A DNA stretch of 57,156 nt from an uncultured archaeon. Lineage in GTDB: Archaea; Thermoplasmatota; Poseidoniia; MGIII; CG-Epi1. The notes under the pieces are model-generated. The model was not told the origin of the DNA and did no database searches. It was given only the letters and a program-made list of their open reading frames with translations. The stretch covers positions 1-57,156 of the forward strand of contig CAZOEZ010000003.1 in the NCBI GenBank assembly GCA_964578995.1, written 5' to 3'. Position numbers and translations under genes: made by a program. This document shows, piece by piece, positions 8,931 through 17,750 of this stretch; the stretch's first letter is position 1, and the number at the start of each line of letters is the position of its first letter.

Positions 8931-10471
8931 TAATTTCTCTTAAGTTCATCTCCAACATAACTAGTCATGGCTTTGGGATTCATTACATTCCAAAAGAATT
9001 GGAAATCTTTCTTTGTAAAAGCACCGACCGATGCTAGAACAAAAACATAGAGTAAACCACCTAATGCAGAGAATAAAAATAATTCATACCAACGATCGAC
9101 ACTGACTGCCATTTGTATTTGCAGCATCCCTAATCCTACGATAATTGCAAAGAAAATTTGTACAAAGAAATGGATTTGTGGTTTTAATTCTAAGTGTGAA
9201 TAACACATTATCCTAAGTGAAATAGAAAGTACTATTTCTGAAATTAAAACTGCTAAGGCAGCACCTTCCCCACCCAACCCTGGCAAATTACTAAGGCCCA
9301 AATGTGGAATCTCTTTGGGAACTAAAATTATCATCAACAGGATGTTAATAATTGATGAAAAAATGTTAATCATGGAAGTTAAGCCAGGTCTATCAGAACC
9401 ACGCAATGCTATAGACCATGGTCGATTTACAACTCGAATAAGAGCTGCCAAGGCTAATAGCTGAAGAATACGGGCGGCAGGCAGAAATTCACGGCTAATG
9501 AAAACTTCGATAATCTCACTAGACCACACCACAGTCATAGCTACAATTGGTATGCAAACCATGGCTACATATCTCTCAGTGTCATAAATCAGTGATTTAA
9601 TTTCTTTGTTGCCACTTTTTGAATGTAATTTAGAAACTGAAGGTAACAACATTTCTTCAATTGCTAAAGCCATAGTACCTATAAAAATTGCAATTCGCTG
9701 AACACCAAAATAAAGTCCGACATCTGTGGCAGCCCAGAAAATACCTATGAAAATCTTGTCCAGATATTGCTTGAGAACTCCAAAAATAGAAGCAGCAGCA
9801 ACAGGAACTGCAAACAATTTATATGAATTAAATGTTTCTTTATCTGGTTTGGAAATAGGATAGTCACGGAAATACCATAAAGATATAATTGATATAATTA
9901 AAATGCCTATTAACTCAGATGCAGCTAGCCAAATAACTCCCCAACCTAGAAATGCAGTGCATATGAAAAGAATAGAACGAGCAGTGGTTCCAACTATATT
10001 TGGTATAGCTACCCTAGCACCTTGTTCAAGGCCACTAAAAGTGGCCCTAACTACTCCAATTGCTAAGAAAACAATGTAATAAAGAAGAACCAGAAGAAGT
10101 AAGTTTTCTGTTTGGATATCATAAAATTCCTTTCCAAAAGGAACACCATACTTAATTTCCGGAGCTGTCCATATCCAATAAAAAGAGGCAAAGACCAAGA
10201 GCATAAGGGATATCAAAAACAGTCTTATCGAAAGAAAAGTACCGATACATTTCCCTAAATCGAGACCCTCACTAATTCTCTTAATGTGGGCCATGCGAAA
10301 TCCAAAAAATGCTATAAATGTGAAGCCTCCGACCAAGCTCATAGCATAGCTAAATTCACCTAATGCTGCAGCTCCCATCTTTCTTGCAACAAATAATAAT
10401 GCTATCCAACCAATTATCGCGTTAATATTCTCTGCACCAAAAAGCAGAGCTATCTTGCGGGAGGTCGCCAT
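8930..10471 (-). CDS. Oligosaccharide flippase (Wzx/MOP family)
   Basis: Many TM segments, ARKMGAAALGEF, YLDKIFIG..VGLY, LLPSVS. Start at MATSRK. Confidence 0.88.
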   Translation of the reverse strand: MATSRKIALLFGAENINAIIGWIALLFVARKMGAAALGEFSYAMSLVGGFTFIAFFGFRMAHIKRISEGLDLGKCIGTFLSIRLFLISLMLLVFASFYWIWTAPEIKYGVPFGKEFYDIQTENLLLLVLLYYIVFLAIGVVRATFSGLEQGARVAIPNIVGTTARSILFICTAFLGWGVIWLAASELIGILIISIISLWYFRDYPISKPDKETFNSYKLFAVPVAAASIFGVLKQYLDKIFIGIFWAATDVGLYFGVQRIAIFIGTMALAIEEMLLPSVSKLHSKSGNKEIKSLIYDTERYVAMVCIPIVAMTVVWSSEIIEVFISREFLPAARILQLLALAALIRVVNRPWSIALRGSDRPGLTSMINIFSSIINILLMIILVPKEIPHLGLSNLPGLGGEGAALAVLISEIVLSISLRIMCYSHLELKPQIHFFVQIFFAIIVGLGMLQIQMAVSVDRWYELFLFSALGGLLYVFVLASVGAFTKKDFQFFWNVMNPKAMTSYVGDELKRN

Positions 10472-10521
10472 AGTTTGCGCACAGTGGTTGGGATTTAAAG
10501 CCAGCCCTCTTGAGGTCAAAC

Positions 10522-11427
10522 GTGGCAACAAAGTTACTGGTAGCTGGTGTTTTAGCTCTAGACGACCTCAAAACCCCAAAGAAAAGTCAAAAAGGAATTG
10601 TAGGAGGTGCTGGAATTTACTCAAGTATTTCTGCAAGCCTTTTTACAGAAACAACTTTGGTTGCAGCCATTGGAAATGACTTCCCTGAAGGTATCTTAGA
10701 AAAAATAAAAAAAAGAGGGATTAATACGCAATCTATCAAAAAACTGGATTACCCCACATTTCACTGGTCTGGGGAATACAAAGGAGATATGTCACAAGCT
10801 ATTACACATGAAACAGATTTCAGAATTAATGACTATTATGATTGGGAGGTAAATAGTGAACAGAAGAAAACTAACCTTTTGCTATTATGTAATAACGATC
10901 CGGCAATCCAATTAAGAATTTTAGAACAAGTAGAAGCAAAGTTAATTGCAATGGATACAATGAACTTATGGATTGATATTGCTAAAGAAAAATTAGAAAA
11001 CGTGGTTTCGCAAATTGATATTTTATTCATTAATGATGCAGAAGCACAACAATACTCTGAAACTCAAGACTTAGAAAAAGCAGCACGGATATTGCTTAAC
11101 AAGGGACCAAAATATGTAGTGATAAAAAAAGGTGAGAAAGGGGCCTCTTTGCATTCAAAGGAATTTACAAAGAAGATACTTGCATTCCAAGTTGATAATT
11201 TCGTAGATCCCACTGGAGCTGGAGATAGTTTTGCAGGAGCTGCTATGGGATATTTAGCAAATTTGGACAGTTTGAATATAGAAAATCTAACTGATGCAAT
11301 GAACTATGGTGCTGCTGTCGCATCAATTACAGTAGAAGGGTTTGGAACTGAAAGTATTATGGACGTTACACAAACCGAAATTAATCGACGATTCAATATA
11401 TTAAATGGTGGGCCCGGCCGGATTTGA
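10522..11427 (+). CDS. PfkB-family carbohydrate/nucleoside kinase
   Basis: GGAG, INDAEA, IKKGEKG, VDPTGAGDSFAG. Confidence 0.93.
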   Translation: MATKLLVAGVLALDDLKTPKKSQKGIVGGAGIYSSISASLFTETTLVAAIGNDFPEGILEKIKKRGINTQSIKKLDYPTFHWSGEYKGDMSQAITHETDFRINDYYDWEVNSEQKKTNLLLLCNNDPAIQLRILEQVEAKLIAMDTMNLWIDIAKEKLENVVSQIDILFINDAEAQQYSETQDLEKAARILLNKGPKYVVIKKGEKGASLHSKEFTKKILAFQVDNFVDPTGAGDSFAGAAMGYLANLDSLNIENLTDAMNYGAAVASITVEGFGTESIMDVTQTEINRRFNILNGGPGRI

Positions 11428-11482
11428 ACCGACGACCGCCCGGTTATGAGCCGGGAGCTCCACCAGACTAAGCTACGGGCCC
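11406..11482 (-). tRNA. tRNA with CAT anticodon, probably tRNA-Ile2
   Basis: Cloverleaf GGGCCCG...CCCGG CTCATAA CCGGG...TTCAAAT...CGGGCCC ACCA. The GGGCCC acceptor stem is typical of archaeal Ile tRNAs. Confidence 0.9.
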
Positions 11483-11484
11483 GG

Positions 11485-11561
11485 TGGCGCCGCTGATCGG
11501 ATTCGAACCGATGACCGTCCGGTTAACAGCCGGATGCTCTGACCTGCTGAGCTACAGCGGC
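11485..11561 (-). tRNA. tRNA-Asn (GTT)
   Basis: GCCGCTG...TCCGG CTGTTAA CCGGA...TTCGAAT...CAGCGGC GCCA. Confidence 0.96.
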
Positions 11562-11587
11562 ACTGGATGGTGCTCACCCAAGTATGG

Positions 11588-11598
11588 TTTAAAACTTC
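11588..11598 (-). promoter_or_regulatory. BRE/TATA of tRNA-Asn/Ile2 pair
   Basis: Minus strand GAAG-TTTTAAA, with TATA 27-33 nt upstream of tRNA-Asn. Confidence 0.65.
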
Positions 11599-11644
11599 TG
11601 CGATGAACGGAGATTGTATTTATGTGCAGTTTCCTTAAGATACA

Positions 11645-12895
11645 ATGTCCCTAATAATTATGGTCAGAACTCGCCTTACAACAGGTGGTTTTGCTGAACC
11701 TGTAATTTCTGATACTGCTAAAAGTTTGTCTAAACAAGGACACCGCGTTATTTTGTTAGCATGGGACCGTACTGGAAAGAATGAAACAACGAATACAACT
11801 GAATGGGGAACTATATGGAGATACCAAGAGGAATGCGCTCTTAACAATGCAGCACTCTTTGCAAGAAAACTTCCGGGTTTCTTGTCTTGGAGCACTTGGC
11901 AAATACTTGCTTTTCAAAAAGTAGAAAAAGATGTAATATTGCATTATCATGATTTGGACACACTCACGGCTGGTGTATTCACCTCTAAACTAGCCGAATT
12001 ACCCCTAATATATGACTGTCATGAAAATTATCCAGGACTCGTTAAAGGGGCCGTATCTAATCTTGTAGCAAAGATTCTTCATAGATTAGAAGCAGGATTA
12101 TTGAGTCATTGTGACGGCATTATATCTGCAGGTCCTGCAAATTATGCAAGACTTAAGGCGATGTTAAAAGAAGGCGGGAAAGCTCCATTTGCCGCAACAG
12201 AAGAAGAAGCATTCAAAGTAATGGCTTTACCTCAAAGAGATTTTCTTAACTCAAAATTAACGCGAATCGGGAATATTAAAAGATTAGATAACTATCCATT
12301 AAGAAGAATAGAAAATAAAGAAAAAAACAAAACTTTTAGACTTTTGTATATAGGGGTTCTAGAAAAACACCCCTCAAGAGGGATACTAGAGACTATAATG
12401 ACTGTGAGTAAAATGAAAGGAATTCAATTTGATATTGGGGGTTTTGGAACACTAGTTCCTACAATCAGAAAGCTACAGGAGAAGTCAAAGAATGTGAATT
12501 ACATGGGACCTATACATCCCGACAATGTTGCATTAAAGACTATTGAGTGTGACGCTGTACTAATGGCCCTTGATCCTTCGAACATTAACAACAGACTTAG
12601 TGCTCCCAACAAACTATTCGAAGCTATGGCTGCAAGCGTCCCAATAATAACTTGTAAAGAACTTTTGATGGGAAAACTAGTAGAAAGAGAGGATATTGGT
12701 CTAACGTTTGAATGGGGGAAATGGGACCGTCTAAAGGCCATTCTTATGAAAATGATGTTTGACCAAAATCTCTGCCTTGAAATGGGGAAACGTGGGAGAA
12801 GGTTAGCTGAAAAAGTACACAATTGGGAATATTGTGAAGATCGGATAGAATCGCTTTATAAATTTGTGAAAAAAACTAGGAATCAAGACGCTTAG
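11645..12895 (+). CDS. Glycosyltransferase family 4
   Basis: HYHDLDTL, YDCHENYP, APNKLFEAMAASVPII. Confidence 0.9.
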   Translation: MSLIIMVRTRLTTGGFAEPVISDTAKSLSKQGHRVILLAWDRTGKNETTNTTEWGTIWRYQEECALNNAALFARKLPGFLSWSTWQILAFQKVEKDVILHYHDLDTLTAGVFTSKLAELPLIYDCHENYPGLVKGAVSNLVAKILHRLEAGLLSHCDGIISAGPANYARLKAMLKEGGKAPFAATEEEAFKVMALPQRDFLNSKLTRIGNIKRLDNYPLRRIENKEKNKTFRLLYIGVLEKHPSRGILETIMTVSKMKGIQFDIGGFGTLVPTIRKLQEKSKNVNYMGPIHPDNVALKTIECDAVLMALDPSNINNRLSAPNKLFEAMAASVPIITCKELLMGKLVEREDIGLTFEWGKWDRLKAILMKMMFDQNLCLEMGKRGRRLAEKVHNWEYCEDRIESLYKFVKKTRNQDA

Positions 12896-13937
12896 TGATA
12901 TCCTCAGGCGACAAGACAGTCGGCAAGGTATCTAATGAACGAATTAAATATTTTTCAGAAAAGTCAAACGGATTTGAAATATTGGGATCATCCCCCATAG
13001 CCAATTTTAGATAGGTATCAATCATTGAATGTTCACCAGAAAGATTGAATAGATTAGTAATCATAAAAAAACGCCCTATGTTTATTTCAGTTATACACAA
13101 CTCATTTTTTGAATTCATCTTGATATCAATATCATAATTGCCATGGGCTTTCCCACCTGAAAGTTTCTCTATTACATCAATACAGAAATCAAAAAGATTT
13201 TTATCATATACTGTCTTAGCAAGTTCAGGAGAGGATGACATATTACTTGGACGAGAAGCTGCTTCAATATACGAAAGTCTCTCGGCTGCCTTCATCAATA
13301 TCAAACGACCGTTCTTCCATGTACTTTGACACGCAAAATCCTTTCCAGGCAAAAACTCAGATATGGTAAAATCTGATATTTGCATTCCTCTCATTTCATT
13401 CCAGTACTTAATCCACCATTTTGCTTGTTCCGAATCTTTTACTTTAGTTGCTCCCTTAGATCCTGCACCTTTGATGGCTCTGCACCAAAGTAATTCTGAG
13501 TTGAATTTTGAAAAAATTGGCTCTATATCATCAAGACTATTCACATGGTAAGTCTCGGCAACACGAATAGCATTCTCAACTGCAAAATTATGGAACTTCC
13601 ACTTATTCAGACACAATGCTACAGATGCATGATCTGGAAAGAATAATTCTGTTTCAAGATTATCTCTAATTTCAGATAACTTTTCAACTTCAGGATCATT
13701 TGTAGGAATTATTAGATCTGGTTTTTCTTTCTTTATAATCTCGCAAATCTTTTCCTCATAGTCTGGTGAAGAGGCTGGTGGAACAACAAAACGACTATCT
13801 ACATTCGCCCGCGCAACCTTGTAAGGAGAGATATCAAAGCCAATCAAATGATATTTTTCCCTCTCCCTAATTGTAGAGATAATATTATTGGCTCCACCAC
13901 CGCCAGCCCCTGTAATCACTACTCTTGTTTTAGACAT
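12876..13937 (-). CDS. ATP-grasp domain protein (CPSase-like ligase)
   Basis: ITGAGGGG, PDLIIPTNDPE, LNKWKF, GAGSKGA, SEFLPGKDF, ITEINIGRF. Confidence 0.82.
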   Translation of the reverse strand: MSKTRVVITGAGGGGANNIISTIREREKYHLIGFDISPYKVARANVDSRFVVPPASSPDYEEKICEIIKKEKPDLIIPTNDPEVEKLSEIRDNLETELFFPDHASVALCLNKWKFHNFAVENAIRVAETYHVNSLDDIEPIFSKFNSELLWCRAIKGAGSKGATKVKDSEQAKWWIKYWNEMRGMQISDFTISEFLPGKDFACQSTWKNGRLILMKAAERLSYIEAASRPSNMSSSPELAKTVYDKNLFDFCIDVIEKLSGGKAHGNYDIDIKMNSKNELCITEINIGRFFMITNLFNLSGEHSMIDTYLKLAMGDDPNISNPFDFSEKYLIRSLDTLPTVLSPEDITKRLDS

Positions 13938-13939
13938 AA

Positions 13940-14341
13940 TTAATGCATCATCTCTTTATTGGGATAGTACTTGAATTCTAATATATTGTTTGAAGGATCC
14001 TTAAGGAAAAATGTCTGGTGATTCTCAGGCATGCCTTCAAAACGTGTAAATATTTTGTTTAGAAGTTGAACATTATTGTCCTTCAATCTAGATACAAATG
14101 AATCAAAATCAGAACTATCATGGAAAGTTATTCCAAAATGACGTGGATACGGTTCAGGATCTGGATCAATTTTGTCAGGGGACAAATGACAAACTAACTG
14201 ATCTCCAAAGAAATTGAAAGTGACCCTGTCATCATAAGTTCTACGACTCTCACAGCCTAACTTATTCTCATAAAAATCTACAGCTTCTTGCAAATCTCTA
14301 CAAGGCACTGCTAAATGAAATACGTTGTTCTGATTCCTCAT
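13940..14341 (-). CDS. VOC/glyoxalase family protein
   Basis: FHLAVPCRDL..FY..LGC, FFGDQLVCH, PRHFGI, DPSNNILEFK. Confidence 0.88.
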   Translation of the reverse strand: MRNQNNVFHLAVPCRDLQEAVDFYENKLGCESRRTYDDRVTFNFFGDQLVCHLSPDKIDPDPEPYPRHFGITFHDSSDFDSFVSRLKDNNVQLLNKIFTRFEGMPENHQTFFLKDPSNNILEFKYYPNKEMMH

Positions 14342-14383
14342 GGATAATTTAAACAGAACTGTGATTATTTATAACCTAAGCTT

Positions 14384-15814
14384 TCAAAAATTAAAATCTA
14401 ATACCTGTGTGTCAAAAGTTTGGAGGTTGACTGCTATAGCTCTACAAGGGTCTGGTTGAAAGCCCATCATTTTCTGATATGCTGTCTGGGCTTGCCAAGT
14501 CCCAGGATTCAGCATTAAAACACCGCTATATCTCTCAACACCACAGGAATGGACATGCCCTGTAACAAAAATATCAGGGACATCACGTATCAACAAATGA
14601 TCTTGTTTTTCAGGCGCTAAAGGTGTTTTTGCTCCATAAATAGGGGCTAAATGCCGCCTATTGAGTAATTCTTTCATCATATCCATTGGATTATCATAGG
14701 ACAAATCACGGAGGCTAACCAGATCATCTAAGGATTTCCCATGATAACAAAGAACTTTGATTCCAGCTAGGTTAAGTAAAACAGGATTGGCTGTAAATGT
14801 TAAATTGTCTCCAAAATCCTTGATAACCCTATCAGGTAATGGAAGTTGAGGTTCCATAAGCCTAACTGCATCATGATTGCCAGGCATGATTACAGTTTGT
14901 ATTGCTGTAGGGATTCTAGAAACTGATTTTGATAAAACAGTATATTGCTCCCAAACATCCGTTATAGATAAATCGGCCTCTTGGCCAGGATATGAATCAA
15001 TACCATCCACAGCATCACCTGCGATCACAAGATATCCTGGATTAGGAATCCATTCTTTGTGATAATCAACATCACCATTTAACCAAGAAACAAATTTATT
15101 CCATTCGTCCTCCTTGAAAGTTCCGCTTCCTAAATGGATGTCGGATATGAAAAGTGCAATGTATGGTTCATCAGATCTAGCTGTTTCGCGATAGCGGCCA
15201 AGATGCGGTCGGACTATTGGTGAATTTACAAAAAGCATATCACCCTGCCTATTGAGTTTTCCTGAAACTCCAATGACCTCATCATGCAAAAGATTTAGTG
15301 ATTGGCCATCCTTTTCATTGAGCAGCAAATCTAGGCGGCTATTAGCATCCTCAATGATAACTTTAGTTTTGCCATTTGAAAATGTATTTATCTCAGCGAC
15401 CATTCCTATAACTTGATTTTCTTCATCAGGATGCAATAGAGATAAAGTTCCGGCATCTCTCATCGAAGGATTACGGCGAACTAACCGTGAGAGTGTTGTG
15501 AATCTATCATTAAATAATGAAACAAAACTTTCCAATTTTCCATCCGACATACTTTTGTCAATCTGCCTTTCGATTATGACTGGAGGGATATCTGCAACTT
15601 TAGGTCTACTGATTGGCTTAGGAGGTTCTGGATTCTCTTCAACTAATAAATCAGATACACTCAAAAATAATTTTGGACCATCCAAAGATTCAACCGACTT
15701 TTCCAAAAAAATTAAACCTTCAGGATGATTAACAACATGAGTTATTAATTCGGGTGAAGGCATCAATTTGCGCTCTGAAAGCCAAGCAATTACTTCTTTT
15801 TCTTTGACAGACAA
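14384..15814 (-). CDS. polB: DNA polymerase D small (proofreading) subunit DP1
   Basis: ISDIHLGS, AGDAVDG, PGNHD, YHGKSLDD, RRHLAP, TGHVH, NPGTWQAQT. Confidence 0.95.
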   Translation of the reverse strand: MSVKEKEVIAWLSERKLMPSPELITHVVNHPEGLIFLEKSVESLDGPKLFLSVSDLLVEENPEPPKPISRPKVADIPPVIIERQIDKSMSDGKLESFVSLFNDRFTTLSRLVRRNPSMRDAGTLSLLHPDEENQVIGMVAEINTFSNGKTKVIIEDANSRLDLLLNEKDGQSLNLLHDEVIGVSGKLNRQGDMLFVNSPIVRPHLGRYRETARSDEPYIALFISDIHLGSGTFKEDEWNKFVSWLNGDVDYHKEWIPNPGYLVIAGDAVDGIDSYPGQEADLSITDVWEQYTVLSKSVSRIPTAIQTVIMPGNHDAVRLMEPQLPLPDRVIKDFGDNLTFTANPVLLNLAGIKVLCYHGKSLDDLVSLRDLSYDNPMDMMKELLNRRHLAPIYGAKTPLAPEKQDHLLIRDVPDIFVTGHVHSCGVERYSGVLMLNPGTWQAQTAYQKMMGFQPDPCRAIAVNLQTFDTQVLDFNF

Positions 15815-15951
15815 GTCATACCCAATTAGGGAGAGAAGAAAACCCTTTTTGTAAAATAAATGTAAACTTAAAAAGATTATATTCTGCGAAAAATGAATTG
15901 GAAAATCGGCCTTTAAAAACTATTTGAAAAATGGAAAGACCCCGTTTGATT

Positions 15952-15969
15952 TATAGCCGGCGGGCTATA
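15952..15969. promoter_or_regulatory. Inverted repeat upstream of cdc6
   Basis: TATAGCC-ggcg-GGCTATA, perfect 7-bp arms overlapping a TTTATA element. Confidence 0.45.
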
Positions 15970-16002
15970 CCTAAGGCCCTGCTAGTGGCCGGGTTATTAT
16001 TT

Positions 16003-17283
16003 ATGGAAAAAAGGCAAAGTTCAAGAAATCGCAATGTTTTTGATAACTTGATGAGTGAAGAAAGAATCTTCAAGAACAGAGAAGCCCTCTCTTCCACATT
16101 TATTCCTTCCGAATTTCCGCATCGAAATGATGAAATTAATGGTTTTGCAAATATACTAAAGCCTGCATTATATGGCGCGCGGCCCTCCAATATCTTAATA
16201 TATGGCCAGACAGGAACGGGAAAGACTGCAATTACAAAATTTATATCAAATCAAATTATACAAAAGGCCGCCAATGAAAATAAGAAGATTCATACCGCAT
16301 ATATTAATTGTAAGCAAACCAACACACCATATGGTGTTCTAACAAATATTGGTAAAACTTATTCTAGCGAATGGGAAGATATTATTCCTCATGCCGGTTG
16401 GAGAATTGACAAAGTTTACGCTGCTTTGAAGGAAAAAGCTGATGATAACGGAGGTATTGCTCTAGTAGTATTAGATGAAATAGACGCACTAGTAAGCAAA
16501 AATGGAGATGATATCCTTTATCACCTAACTGGTTTAAATTCAGATTTGAATAATTCGAAGATTTCTCTAATTGGAATATCAAATGATACGAAATTTACTA
16601 CATGGCTTGATCCAAGAGTTAAATCGAGATTAGGGGAAGAATCACTTACCTTTGCACCATACAATGCCATTCAAATTGAGGAAATACTTGCACAAAGGGC
16701 AACACTCGCGTTTAAGGACAATGTAGTAGAACCACTAGTATTGTCTTATTGTGCTAGTAAAGCTGCACAAGAACATGGAGATGCTAGAAAGGCTCTGGAT
16801 TTGCTACGAATCTCAGCTGAATTGGCTGAAAGAGACAATCGAGAAATTGTCACAGCTGAATATGTGACTAAAGCCCAAAATGTAATGGAGAGAGACCAAG
16901 TTCGAAGTATAATCTCAACATTGCCTATCCACCATAAAGCTACGCTAGCCAGTACTATTGTTAATCAAGGCAAACGTGAAAATGGCCAACAGACAACTGG
17001 AGAAGTTTACAGTACATATAAGCAGATTTGTAAACTTTTTAATTTAGAAGACTTAAGTCAAAGACGAATAAGTAATGTAATCTCTGAATTAGATATGCAA
17101 GGCCTGATTAATGCTAAAATTGTTAGTTTGGGTAGACAGGGGAGAACTAAATTCATTAGTGTCGCTATTAATGAAAATCAAATCCTAGAACTTTTTACAG
17201 AAGATATTGAACTGTCCGATATTATTGAAGAATTGACACGAAACGGAAGATATATCGGAAGCACACAGATGAGACTAATCTGA
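16003..17283 (+). CDS. cdc6: Orc1/Cdc6 replication initiator
   Basis: Walker A GQTGTGKT, Walker B VLDEID, LDPRVKSRL, HGDARKALDLLR, C-terminal winged helix. Confidence 0.96.
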   Translation: MEKRQSSRNRNVFDNLMSEERIFKNREALSSTFIPSEFPHRNDEINGFANILKPALYGARPSNILIYGQTGTGKTAITKFISNQIIQKAANENKKIHTAYINCKQTNTPYGVLTNIGKTYSSEWEDIIPHAGWRIDKVYAALKEKADDNGGIALVVLDEIDALVSKNGDDILYHLTGLNSDLNNSKISLIGISNDTKFTTWLDPRVKSRLGEESLTFAPYNAIQIEEILAQRATLAFKDNVVEPLVLSYCASKAAQEHGDARKALDLLRISAELAERDNREIVTAEYVTKAQNVMERDQVRSIISTLPIHHKATLASTIVNQGKRENGQQTTGEVYSTYKQICKLFNLEDLSQRRISNVISELDMQGLINAKIVSLGRQGRTKFISVAINENQILELFTEDIELSDIIEELTRNGRYIGSTQMRLI

Positions 17284-17712
17284 ATTCCTAGAATCTCGTT
17301 CTTGAAGACCTTCTTTCCAACCCTGCTCCCAGCCTGCTGCAATAGCTGCTTGCACACCTGCCTTTTTTGCTGCATCTCTAGCTAAACCCAAAACCTTTTC
17401 GCGTTCTTTCTTAGATTTCTGGTTGTTAATTCGATGTGATACCTCCTTAGCTTTCTCCGTTAATTCTCTAGCTTGATTCCAAATGCCCTCTGTAGCATCC
17501 TTCAAAATTTGATTAGTATCCTCACCTAAAGGGGCTTTCAAAGCCGTGGTAAAACCTTCAGCTTTAGCTTCTTGAAAGGCCTCAGATTTCATAACCGTTC
17601 CCTTTCCCTTCTCCTTACTATATTTAGCCCAAGATAAGCCACGAGTAACTCCTGGAACATACTTTTTCACTAAGTCGGGTATTTCAGAATCCATGTCCTC
17701 TTTATTAGACAT
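17275..17712 (-). CDS. Hypothetical helical protein
   Basis: 145-aa ORF filling the gap between trkH and cdc6, Ala/Lys/Glu-rich with GWEQGWKEG. Confidence 0.7.
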   Translation of the reverse strand: MSNKEDMDSEIPDLVKKYVPGVTRGLSWAKYSKEKGKGTVMKSEAFQEAKAEGFTTALKAPLGEDTNQILKDATEGIWNQARELTEKAKEVSHRINNQKSKKEREKVLGLARDAAKKAGVQAAIAAGWEQGWKEGLQERDSRNSD

Positions 17713-17750
17713 AACCTAGATACAAAAGAGATGCATAAGCAAGTTACGCT

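Noticed and set aside
15925-15945. ATGGAAAGACCCC as an ORB element
   Set aside because: It lacks the TCCA-TGGA dyad and the G-string is in the wrong orientation. Single copy.
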